A stretch of DNA of 64,000 bases. Origin: Muribaculum sp. Lineage in GTDB: Bacteria > Bacillota > Clostridia > Lachnospirales > Lachnospiraceae. The notes beneath the pieces are model-generated. The model saw only the letters and a program-made list of their open reading frames with translations. It had not been told where the DNA came from and searched no databases. Both the position numbers and the translations under genes were made by a program. Below, in pieces: positions 28,190 to 38,600 of the stretch (position 1 is its first letter; every line of letters starts with the position of its first letter). The stretch is from contig JAMPGV010000006.1 in assembly GCA_023663735.1 (NCBI GenBank), positions 2,496 through 66,495 on the forward strand. The letters run 5' to 3'.

Positions 28190-30037
28190 TTGAAAAAACG
28201 ACCTTCTCTGTCTCCCCGCCAGCTGCTTCTCTGCGCCGCCATCCTGCTGTCGTTTACCGCGCTGGTCTTATTCCTGTTCGGCCATAAGCGGGATGAAAAA
28301 CGCTTCTCCCGGCTGACCCACGATCTATTCGTGGAAGAGATGACCTCCAACACATTGAACATGCACTACACCTTGGCCGCACCGGAGGATTTCGGCATCT
28401 ACGACTACGATCCCATCCTCCCAAGCCACCCTACCGCCGCCGACCGCTCATCCTCCGCGGCTCTGCAAAACACACTGACACAATTGTCAGAAATCCATCC
28501 CCAAAACCTTTCGCAGACGGACGCCTACACCTATGAACTGCTGGTGCGCCAGCTGGAAAACAATCAAAAACTCAATGAATTTGCCCTCTACCAGATGCCC
28601 CTTTCCCCCTCCTCCGGCATCCAGTCCCAGCTTCCCATTCTGCTGGCGGAATACACCTTCCGGAACCGCCGGGACGTGGAAGACTATCTGGCTCTGCTGG
28701 ATCAGACCGATACCTGCTTCGACTCCCTGCTCGCCTTCGAGCAGGAGCGGGCGGCCGCCGGACTCTCCATGTCCACCTACTCTCTTCGGCAGGTCAAAAA
28801 TCAGTGTGACACGATTGTCACAAAAGAAGCGCTGGAAAGCGGTACCCACTTTCTGCAATCCACTTTCAAGGAACGTCTGGAACGTCTGGTAACGGAAAAG
28901 TGCATCACTTCCGAGGAGGCCGAAAAATACGCCGCCCAAAACGACCGTCTGCTGCGCACGGTACTGCAGCCCGCCTACGAATCGCTGGCGGACGGCCTGT
29001 TCCTCTTGGAAGATTCCGAGGGCGTCTCGCCGCTTCCGGCCGGACTCGCCTCCCTGCCGGAGGGCAGAGCATATTACCAATATCTGCTCATCTCCCAGAC
29101 CGGCTCCTACCGTCCCGTGGAAGAGATCCAGCGTATGCTCCGGGATACCATGCAGGAAGAATACCGCACCATCTGTACCATGATACAGGAGCATCCCGAA
29201 TTGAGAAATTTTATCCGGGACGGTTCCTACACCCAGCTTCCCTATGCGGAAGCCGCCGACATGCTTTCGGATCTGCAAAAGCGGATGCAGGAAAACTTCC
29301 CGGCGCTGCCGGATAACCCGGAAGCCGGAACCCCGGGCGCTTACCCGGCCGCGCAAGTCAAGACCGTCTCCGAAAACCTGCAGGAATTCTGCGCTCCCGC
29401 TTTTTACTTGACCGCCCCGCTGGACGACACCGAAAACAACGTCATCTATATCAATCCCCGGAACACCTCCGCCGGGCTGGAACTTTACACCACACTGGCC
29501 CACGAAGGATATCCCGGACATCTTTATCAAACGGTATACAACAACCGGGATGTTTTAGATACCGACGAAAATAAAGTGCGGCAGCTTCTCTGGTACGGCG
29601 GTTATCTGGAGGGCTGGGCCATCTATTCGGAGTTTTACGGCTACCGCTGCGCAGCCGATTTGCTGCGGGAACAGGGACGGGCGGAAGATGCGCTGTGCAT
29701 AGAACTGGAAATGCACAACCGCAGCCTGATTCTGGCTCTTTATTCCACGCTGGATATTATGATCCATTATGAGAACGCCTCACGTGAGGATGTGGCCGCA
29801 TTCCTTGAGGACTTCGGCATCCATAGCACGACGGCCGCCCATGCCGTCTACAATTACATAGCCGACGAACCCTGTAACTACTTGAAATATTATCTCGGTT
29901 ATCTGGAACTGCTCGAATTGAAAAAGAAAGCGGAAACCCTTTGGCAGGAAGACTACAGCGATCTGGCTTTCCACACGTTTCTGCTGGACGCCGGGCCTTC
30001 TGATTTCACCTCGCTGGCCGGACTTTTGGAGCCGTAA
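28190..30037 (+). CDS. DUF885 family protein (zincin-like), N-terminal membrane anchor
   Basis: TLAHEGYPGH, EGWAIY; TTG start chosen; upstream TCATAT...CATACAGT resembles a SigE promoter. Confidence 0.8.
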   Translation: MKKRPSLSPRQLLLCAAILLSFTALVLFLFGHKRDEKRFSRLTHDLFVEEMTSNTLNMHYTLAAPEDFGIYDYDPILPSHPTAADRSSSAALQNTLTQLSEIHPQNLSQTDAYTYELLVRQLENNQKLNEFALYQMPLSPSSGIQSQLPILLAEYTFRNRRDVEDYLALLDQTDTCFDSLLAFEQERAAAGLSMSTYSLRQVKNQCDTIVTKEALESGTHFLQSTFKERLERLVTEKCITSEEAEKYAAQNDRLLRTVLQPAYESLADGLFLLEDSEGVSPLPAGLASLPEGRAYYQYLLISQTGSYRPVEEIQRMLRDTMQEEYRTICTMIQEHPELRNFIRDGSYTQLPYAEAADMLSDLQKRMQENFPALPDNPEAGTPGAYPAAQVKTVSENLQEFCAPAFYLTAPLDDTENNVIYINPRNTSAGLELYTTLAHEGYPGHLYQTVYNNRDVLDTDENKVRQLLWYGGYLEGWAIYSEFYGYRCAADLLREQGRAEDALCIELEMHNRSLILALYSTLDIMIHYENASREDVAAFLEDFGIHSTTAAHAVYNYIADEPCNYLKYYLGYLELLELKKKAETLWQEDYSDLAFHTFLLDAGPSDFTSLAGLLEP

Positions 30038-30225
30038 CCGGGAAAGCCGGTTTGCACCATCTGCTTATCTGCTTTGCACACCCGCTCCGCAGGATGCTGC
30101 AGCGATCCAGTCTACACAGGATTCTACAGCGATCCGGCCTTGCCTGTTGACAAAGCCAAAGATTGGTTCTATGATAGGTAGACGGATCAACAGACAAAAA
30201 AACGCACAGATACAGAGGATTTTCC

Positions 30226-31173
30226 ATGGAACAACTACTTTTTAGCTTAAACGCCACCATTCCCGTCTTTCTCGTAATGGTCATCGGCTACCTTGTGAGA
30301 CGGGCGGGCGTGGTGGATGAACCCTTCGTCAAAACCCTGAACAAATTCAATTACAAGATTACTCTTCCGGTACTGCTGTTCAAAGACATTGCGGAATCGG
30401 ATTTCTATAGCGTATGGGATACCCGCTATGTACTCTACTGCTTTCTGGCCACGCTCATCAGCATCGCAGCTATCTGGATCGCGGCCGGATTCCTGTACAA
30501 AGACAAAGCTCTGCTCGGCGAGTTCATACAGGCCTCCTACCGAAGCAGCGCTGCCGTGTTGGGCATTGCCTTCATCCAAAACATCTACGGCAATTCCGGT
30601 ATGGCGCCTCTGATGATTATCGGCACCGTACCTCTTTATAATGTGGCCGCCGTGCTGGTTCTCTCCTTCACCGGCCCCGCCGCCCACGGACTGGACAAGG
30701 CGTCTCTCAAGAAATCCTTGCGGGACATCCTGACCAATCCCATTATCATCGGCATCGCGCTTGGCATGGCTGTCTCCGCCTGCCGGATCCGTTTCCCCTT
30801 GATCGCCACTAAAACCATCAGCAATATCTCCGTGCTGGCCACCCCGCTTGCCCTTCTGGGACTGGGCGCGGGCTTTGAAGGGCGCAAGGCTTTAAAGCAG
30901 ATTGCGCCTACCGCGGCGGCTTCCTGTCTAAAACTGATCGTCCTGCCCGCGCTGTTTCTGCCGCTGGCCGTCTCCATGGGATTTACCACAGAAAAGCTGG
31001 TCGCAATCCTGATTATGCTGGGTTCCCCCACCACCGTGAGCTGCTATATCATGGCCAAAAACATGGGACATGAGGGAACATTGACCTCCAGCGTGGTGGT
31101 GGCCACCACTTTCTTAAGCTCCGTCACGCTCACCCTATGGCTGTTCGTGCTGCGAAGCATGGGACTGATCTAA
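30226..31173 (+). CDS. AEC family transporter
   Basis: Two hydrophobic repeats, TNPIII, SPTTVSCYIMA. Confidence 0.85.
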   Translation: MEQLLFSLNATIPVFLVMVIGYLVRRAGVVDEPFVKTLNKFNYKITLPVLLFKDIAESDFYSVWDTRYVLYCFLATLISIAAIWIAAGFLYKDKALLGEFIQASYRSSAAVLGIAFIQNIYGNSGMAPLMIIGTVPLYNVAAVLVLSFTGPAAHGLDKASLKKSLRDILTNPIIIGIALGMAVSACRIRFPLIATKTISNISVLATPLALLGLGAGFEGRKALKQIAPTAAASCLKLIVLPALFLPLAVSMGFTTEKLVAILIMLGSPTTVSCYIMAKNMGHEGTLTSSVVVATTFLSSVTLTLWLFVLRSMGLI

Positions 31174-31258
31174 ACACACTCCGCTTTTGGTTTTATTTGG
31201 GAAGATTCCGCCATAAAATAGAATGAATGGAAGATACCTTGGCAAAGCGAGACTGTCC

Positions 31259-31783
31259 ATGAATGCCTTTATCCACCTCTCCGACATTATCATTCCGCTG
31301 ATCCTGTTCTTTGTCGTCAGCTACGGCATGGTTTCCAAAGTAAAAGTCTATGAAAGTTTCTTGAACGGCGCAAAAGACGGGCTGAAAATCGTGGTGGATA
31401 TCGTCCCCACCCTCATCGGACTGTTGGTCGCAGTGGGCGTGCTGCGCGCCTCCGGCATCTTTGAACTGCTGGGCGTCCTTCTGAGTCCTCTCACAGAAAA
31501 AGCCGGACTTCCCGCACAGCTGATTCCCCTGCTGGCAGTAAAGCTGTTCTCCTCCTCTGCGGCCACCGGGCTGGTGCTGGATATTTTTAAGACATATGGA
31601 CCAGACTCCTATGCCGGCTTGGTGACGTCCATTCTCATGAGCTGCACGGAGACCGTGTTTTATACTATGAGCGTATACTTCTTGGCGGCGAAGGTGACTA
31701 AGACAAGGTACACGCTGACGGGGGCATTGCTGGCCACGCTGGCGGGAACGGCGGCGAGCGTAGTACTGGCGGGGCGAATGTAG
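31259..31783 (+). CDS. spmB: Spore maturation protein B
   Basis: VYESFLNGAKDG, MSCTETVFYTMSVYF...KTRYTL; upstream CATAAAAT SigE-like -10. Confidence 0.9.
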   Translation: MNAFIHLSDIIIPLILFFVVSYGMVSKVKVYESFLNGAKDGLKIVVDIVPTLIGLLVAVGVLRASGIFELLGVLLSPLTEKAGLPAQLIPLLAVKLFSSSAATGLVLDIFKTYGPDSYAGLVTSILMSCTETVFYTMSVYFLAAKVTKTRYTLTGALLATLAGTAASVVLAGRM

Positions 31784-31807
31784 AGGATAGGATATAAATA
31801 TGGAAAA

Positions 31808-33689
31808 GGATTACGTCTTTACAAACTTACAAGGTTCTCAAACTACCATGCGGTTACTCAACCTTTTCTCATGGCTTTACACCTTTACAAACTTACAAGG
31901 TTCTCAAACGGGATAGACGTATAGCACGGGTATTTGCATGTTTTACACCATTACAAACTTACAAGGTTCTCAAACTCTTTCACAAATTCAATCTGTACCA
32001 CGTCGGTTTTACACCATTACAAACTTACAAGGTTCTCAAACGTACAGCGGGCATGGAAGTACGGGCGGATCGTTTTACACCATTACAAACTTACAAGGTT
32101 CTCAAACCGGGAGTGGATTGTATCAATCGACTACGGCGTTTTACACCATTACAAACTTACAAGGTTCTCAAACGCCTGTTGTAACTATTTTGCTTCCAGC
32201 GCTGTTTTACACCATTACAAACTTACAAGGTTCTCAAACTCTTTCACAAATTCAATCTGTACCACGTCGGTTTTACACCATTACAAACTTACAAGGTTCT
32301 CAAACGCTGCAGTGGGAGGAGACGACAGGCAGCCGGTTTTACACCATTACAAACTTACAAGGTTCTCAAACGCGAGTTGTCAATAATTAAGCTGGCACAA
32401 AGTTTTACACCATTACAAACTTACAAGGTTCTCAAACTACCGATGCATTACTATTAAAGGAAATTGAGTTTTACACCATTACAAACTTACAAGGTTCTCA
32501 AACAAATCTACTACCCGGTCAAATAGTTTACTCGTTTTACACCATTACAAACTTACAAGGTTCTCAAACTGACGCTTGACGCAAAAATCAAAATGCCGGG
32601 TTTTACACCATTACAAACTTACAAGGTTCTCAAACACGGCGCGATGGTGCAAATTTACATGCTTGGTTTTACACCATTACAAACTTACAAGGTTCTCAAA
32701 CCGTTACGGATAAAGTGCCGACATTTACGCCGTTTTACACCATTACAAACTTACAAGGTTCTCAAACCAAATGTCCGCGTTGTTGACGTTTAACGGTGTT
32801 TTACACCATTACAAACTTACAAGGTTCTCAAACACTCGCGGCATACAGGAAGGATGGACAGCCGTTTTACACCATTACAAACTTACAAGGTTCTCAAACA
32901 TCTTGCCGGGGGTTATAAATCGTATTTGTGTTTTACACCATTACAAACTTACAAGGTTCTCAAACATAGCGTTGTTTGCGCTTGATTGGCACGCTGTTTT
33001 ACACCATTACAAACTTACAAGGTTCTCAAACAGGCAACGGCATAAATTTTAAGTTTAACTAGTTTTACACCATTACAAACTTACAAGGTTCTCAAACCAG
33101 GACACAAGCCGGGGCGGTTCTTATCAGTTTTACACCATTACAAACTTACAAGGTTCTCAAACGTATCCCCCACAAATAAGGGACGTCCCTTTGTTTTACA
33201 CCATTACAAACTTACAAGGTTCTCAAACTTATATTTTTCATTTATTACATCTTCCACTGTTTTACACCATTACAAACTTACAAGGTTCTCAAACACCATG
33301 TCGTAGTTGCTGACCGGGTCAAACGTTTTACACCATTACAAACTTACAAGGTTCTCAAACCACATCCTGATCACATATGTAACTGGATTCGTTTTACACC
33401 ATTACAAACTTACAAGGTTCTCAAACCCCAATGCATCGCGGTCATGCAAAAGTGCAGTTTTACACCATTACAAACTTACAAGGTTCTCAAACGAGGTGAT
33501 TGTGGAATGATAGATGAGAGCAGTTTTACACCATTACAAACTTACAAGGTTCTCAAACAATATCTTCGTCCATCAGCATCTCACCCATGTTTTACACCAT
33601 TACAAACTTACAAGGTTCTCAAACATCGGCCTCGTCAATCTCAACAGGAGCCAGTTTTACACCATTACAAACTTACAAGGTTCTCAAAC
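31808..33689 (-). CRISPR. Type II-A CRISPR array: 29 repeats of 36 bp, 28 spacers (26 x 30 bp, 2 x 29 bp)
   Basis: Repeat on minus strand GTTTGAGAACCTTGTAAGTTTGTAATGGTGTAAAAC; degenerate repeats at 31808-31843 and 31874-31909 mark the trailer; leader end ATTGAG next to csn2. Confidence 0.99.
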
Positions 33690-33757
33690 CTCAATTTATC
33701 ATTTAGGTTATCACCGAACCGTTACATATTGGTAATATGCCGTAAGTTTGTATTATA
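33690..33757 (-). promoter_or_regulatory. CRISPR leader
   Basis: 63 bp between csn2 stop and first repeat; ends ATTGAG (resembles II-A leader-anchoring sequence); TATAAT overlaps the csn2 stop. Confidence 0.8.
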
Positions 33758-34424
33758 GCTCTATCAAACAATCATCCAAATCAAGAATGTAGTGTTTTTC
33801 ACACTCCAAACAGTGTGTCTGTGAATCCTCAATCAATATTACCCTTCTTTTATAATAAAAAGCTGTTTGATACAACTCCATCAAGCCTATTTCATCAAAA
33901 TATGCTTTCAAATTTATAAATACTACCACTTTCATATTACACAGCAGTCCCAGCACCTTGATGTATTCTATAAGATTCTGCAGCAAGCAGTCATCTTCTG
34001 TTTCAAGCCTAACACCACATAGTTTATAGATAGAAACGCTATCCAATCCTTCATTAAAAGAAACCGCATACGGAATTTTCATGCTCAGATCATTCAAATA
34101 TCGAGAAATGCATTGGCAGATATCACCCACTTCCTTACAGTATTCTTCGTCCGATATCTTTTTCATCTCCTGATACAACTTATTTTGTATTCTTTTTTCA
34201 TTTAGATCAATCAAAAACGGATTCCATACTATAGAAACACTATTTTCAATAGAAATCAGCATATCTTTTTCTGATATCGCCAATTCCCCATCCTCTCCCT
34301 CACACTGCCAATGAAAATTTTGCAAAAGTGACGTATATGTACGGGGATTTTCTACAGTAAACACCAAAATCTCATTCTCATGAAATGTCAACGCAATGTT
34401 ATGCGCTCCCCATACCAATTTCAT
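33753..34424 (-). CDS. csn2: Type II-A CRISPR protein Csn2
   Basis: 223 aa between cas2 and array; VFINLKAY, ILIED, ILDLDDCLI. Confidence 0.93.
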   Translation of the reverse strand: MKLVWGAHNIALTFHENEILVFTVENPRTYTSLLQNFHWQCEGEDGELAISEKDMLISIENSVSIVWNPFLIDLNEKRIQNKLYQEMKKISDEEYCKEVGDICQCISRYLNDLSMKIPYAVSFNEGLDSVSIYKLCGVRLETEDDCLLQNLIEYIKVLGLLCNMKVVVFINLKAYFDEIGLMELYQTAFYYKRRVILIEDSQTHCLECEKHYILDLDDCLIEL

Positions 34425-34741
34425 AATATAATCAACCTCTCATCGCTGTCTAATACCTCGGACTTTGACTCACCTACAATATACTCCATTCTGGAATACT
34501 GCTTTTCCGTCACTTTTAACAACTGAACTAAGCCACTCCTTGGTTTATTCTTTTTGACATTTTCAATAATGTAATCAGCCATTGTTGAATTTTGGGCAAT
34601 TTTACAATATATGGATTCCTGCAACATTAAAAATCCGTTTTTTATTAAAAACTTGCGAAACATAGTGTAATTTCTGCGCTCTGCCGCCGTACCGACAGGC
34701 AAATCAAACATCACCATTATTCTCATATACCTATAACTCAT
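34421..34741 (-). CDS. cas2: CRISPR endonuclease Cas2
   Basis: MSYRYMRIMVMFDLP, GFLMLQESIY. Confidence 0.97.
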   Translation of the reverse strand: MSYRYMRIMVMFDLPVGTAAERRNYTMFRKFLIKNGFLMLQESIYCKIAQNSTMADYIIENVKKNKPRSGLVQLLKVTEKQYSRMEYIVGESKSEVLDSDERLIIL

Positions 34742-35603
34742 TTTGATAAAACCTGATTAATGCGACATCCGCATCCTGAATCGCATCAAACACACTTCTG
34801 CAGTAAATTTTTATTGCATTATTGACAACCTCTTTCCTTTCATTAATCCAAACTTCCTGATTTAAGATATCCACCAATTCCATCTTTTCCTCATGCTCAA
34901 ATGAATGTACATGCATTGTGTATACCTTTCTATCCACAAGCACTCTGAACGGTTCCATTAAATCCGATGCAAGATTAAAAGGATTGAACATATTGTTATG
35001 GAAAAGCCCTAATTGTGTTATATATCCGTTTGATGTTATCTCTCTGTTAAAGGCAGATAGCAGAATACTATATCCATAATTGAGCATTGCGTTTGTAACC
35101 AATTCCGCACTCCGCGTAAAATCTTTTCCAAACAACGCATTAAAATACACTTTTGCCGCATGACCCTCTCGGTTTGTAGCATCCCCATATTCCATTTCCT
35201 GCAAATACCCATGTAGCAATTCCGCTTCATTTTTGTGAAAACAAAGTAGTGTCTCCTCCTGCTTCCGTATCTTGTCCGTAACAATCTCTGTCCAGACTGC
35301 GGTTTTACTGTCTTCCCTCCACTCAACCTGCTGCCGAATCTTAGCGCTGGTATCATGTGAACCATAATAGGGAATCAACTCTGAGGACGGATTCCTTTTT
35401 TCATCACAGAAAATCACCTTAATCTTCTTTTTATTCAATTCCGCCAAAAGAGCCGCCGTCAAAGACACTGCTGTCGTTTCAACTAACAATATGGCAATTT
35501 CACTTAAATGAATTTTGGTTGTAACATCCCTGCGCACTACAAGATACCCCATTTGATAGTCTAATTTTGCGCTGGAGGATATTACAACCGTTCTCCAACT
35601 CAC
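34731..35603 (-). CDS. cas1: Type II CRISPR endonuclease Cas1
   Basis: SWRTVVI start (GTG 35603 overlapping cas9 stop), NREGHAAKVYF, LNYGY, FNLASDLMEPFR. Confidence 0.97.
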   Translation of the reverse strand: MSWRTVVISSSAKLDYQMGYLVVRRDVTTKIHLSEIAILLVETTAVSLTAALLAELNKKKIKVIFCDEKRNPSSELIPYYGSHDTSAKIRQQVEWREDSKTAVWTEIVTDKIRKQEETLLCFHKNEAELLHGYLQEMEYGDATNREGHAAKVYFNALFGKDFTRSAELVTNAMLNYGYSILLSAFNREITSNGYITQLGLFHNNMFNPFNLASDLMEPFRVLVDRKVYTMHVHSFEHEEKMELVDILNQEVWINERKEVVNNAIKIYCRSVFDAIQDADVALIRFYQNEL

Positions 35604-38600
35604 ACTGTCAACAGGTCTATTTCTCTCCGAAACAAACCTGTCACAGACTGACATACCAGCACCATTTCCTTTGCATCGGTTATTTTCTTGCTTATTTTAT
35701 AATTTCCTGTGTTTTTACTTCCTCCCAATAACTCTAAATCAGCAGGTTTACCTCCGCAAAAATGCATACATAACTGCATCAAAATATAACATTGTTCTTT
35801 AATAGATAAAAGGTTAAATTTTTCTTCATTGTCTAATATGCAATCTTTTAACGCACCAATTAAATTTTTAAGCAGACTTTTATTAAATTTCTGCATAAAG
35901 TGTTCATAAATAATTTGATTATTTTCTTTCGTCAGCACAGACTGCCTGTTCTTATCATGCTCCTCATAGTCGTCTTTCTCAACCGCTTTCTCCACTTTTT
36001 TCAAATAGTTCATTGATTCCTGAGAAAAACACAGTTGTACCGCATTTTTTAATTCCATACGATTACCTGTTTTACCACCCAAATAATAATACATACCGTT
36101 ATATCGTATCAGTGATTTTGCCGGAATTAGCTTCCTGCATATCCGCAGATTTTCTATTGTCTCTCCCTTATACTCTTCCCCTATGCTCTTGGCAAAATAG
36201 GTTAAAATCTGCTCATCCGTAAGACTTTCGCTTCTTCCCAAATAGATAGGCAGGGGTTCGAGACTCCTAACCTGTTTTCCCTTTACACAATACTCTACTA
36301 ATGTATAACCAGCCACCGCTACAGCCGTTAAACCTCCATACTTTGTCACGTCCTGAAGACGAGAATCCTGCATTTTCACCGGAATATATCCCATGCCTTC
36401 CGCTGTCTTTGCATTCCAGATAGTAACTTTTTGGGTAATACCGCCATGAGCTTCCACACATTGTTTTGTAACCAGCGGCGAATGATCCGCCATAATCTTT
36501 CTTACGGTTGCTATCGTGCCTGTCTGCCCCGGTTCACTTGCAATCCATGCCCGTTCTCCATGACGCTCCACATTCCTATCAAATATTTTGTCCATATTAT
36601 ATTGATATTGCGCGTTTCCCGCGTTCTTTCCGGCTTCTTTAATAAAGTTGATAGGACTCCTCGTAAATTTAACAAAGTATACATTTCCTACCACAATATT
36701 CAAGTAGGCGTCATGAGCATGATGCAAATCATTGACGCTTCTGACTTTATACAAATCATATTTGTGCCTAAAATCAGAAACATTCCCTGCTTTTGCAAAT
36801 ACAATCTCCGATTTCGGAAATGCCTGTTGCAAAATCTGCGTAATCGCCTTACTTCCCTGTCTGGTTTCCACCAACTGTCTGTTAATAAACTGTGCTTTTT
36901 CTTCATCTGTAAAATGCGTTACTCTGGTCAATCGGCGAAACTTCTCCGGTGTAATAAAACCCTTTTCCAACATCATTTTCCATGTGGAATGCATTCTTTT
37001 TTGAATATCCGATTCCAGAGGAAATATATCGCTTTTATGCGCATTTTTCTCTTTTTTCACCAACACGAGGTTATTTTCTATGCTGTCGTCTTTCACATAA
37101 TGTCTTGGATAAATATGGTCGATATCATACAGATTATCTGACATTAAGTCCTGTAATTCTATTCTTTCCCCTGTATACATGCACTTTCCCATCTGCATGT
37201 AATATAAATATAATTTCTTGCTGCGGAAAGCACTCTCAGGAAGCTCCTCCGTCTCCTTTCTCCAAACCTTATCCTCGTCTTTTATTGCTTTATACAATAC
37301 CGATAATTTCTGTTTTCTGGACTCCTTTCTCTCGCCCTTTTTCCCTTCTTCTCTAGCCATCTCCACAAAAATTCTATCGGGAGCATGTCCCAACACTTGC
37401 TCCAACTCCTTCAATATACTCATCGTCTGCCATACCATTCTCTTTACAGGCGCAGACAAATACAAATCGTCCAAATCTTCAATTTCCCATTCGCATAACG
37501 GCTTTTCGGCTTTTTCGAGCTTCCCGTTTAACACTTCGATATAAGTATATTGATCGCTTAGAAGTTCCATGAGATTATCATTGGTTTCCCACATAGCGCC
37601 AATCAGACTCCTGATAACCCCATCCTTTTTAGACACTCCCTCCATCGTCAGGAAACTCCTAGACAATCTTCCCCATCCTGTAAACTTAAATCCCAAAATA
37701 CGCTTCAATTCCTGTTCGCTTAACCTGTCTGAATCATAGTTCTCACGGATGCGTTCTCTCAAAAACTTCTTATCGTTTCCATAAATCGTTCCCCAGAAAA
37801 TAATTTTTTCCATCATTTCCTGATTTTCGTCATAAAGCGCACGCTCCCCCAATGCACCGAGGAATCTCCCCAGAGAAGTCAAAGCGCTGTGAAATCCGCC
37901 GTCTATTCCGGAAATAGCATTTTTATCGTCTTTACCTATAAGATGGTTAGCGATACAATATTCTTCCAACCGCTTGAGCGAAACCTTTTTCCCGCTTTTA
38001 AACAGTTTTACATAAATATCCTGCTTGCTCTCCTCAGTCAATTTCTCGCCGTTTATTCTGACATTGTTTAACTCATTCAGCACCTCAAAACGTTCGTACA
38101 ATAAAGATTGCTTTGGAAGAGCCGTCTCCCCCGTAAGATAAGTACAATGACGCACCATTCTCTCAATAAACTTTTCCGCAGTGCGTTTCGTGTCGATTTT
38201 ATCCTCAAAATTCCAAGGATAAATACGTCCTCCCTCTAACCGTTCACACCAGACGTTATACCCTTTCTTGTCTTTGAACGCCTGCCCCAACGGTCCGACA
38301 TAATATGGGATTTGGAAGCTGAAAATTTGTAGAATCTTCTCTGATACCGTCAGATTCGACTCATCTTTTTCCCGCAAAAAAGGAAGATACTTCTCCGCCT
38401 GTTCCAAAATTGCCTTCATCTCCCGCTTATGTACTTGGTTGGGAATTACCCCATTCGTATCTATCAGTTGTTTCGGCAGGAATGTTCCCGCATCTATCTT
38501 TCCCAAAATTTCTTGGATATCCGTATCATCCTGTGGATAATTTTTCAAAAAAGCCCGAATCGTTTTATAAAGTTCGTCTTTCCCTCTCCCTTTATTAATA

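Noticed and set aside
30090-30140. Imperfect 27-bp direct repeat (caggat...cagcgatcc)
   Set aside because: Only two degenerate copies and no associated structure.
31844-33653. Self-targeting spacers
   Set aside because: No match to the rest of the window was noticed by eye; an exhaustive alignment was not possible, so this remains untested.
31934-33758. ORFs with repeated VLHHYKLTRFSN / FYTITNLQGSQ peptides
   Set aside because: These are translations of the 66-bp CRISPR period, not genes.
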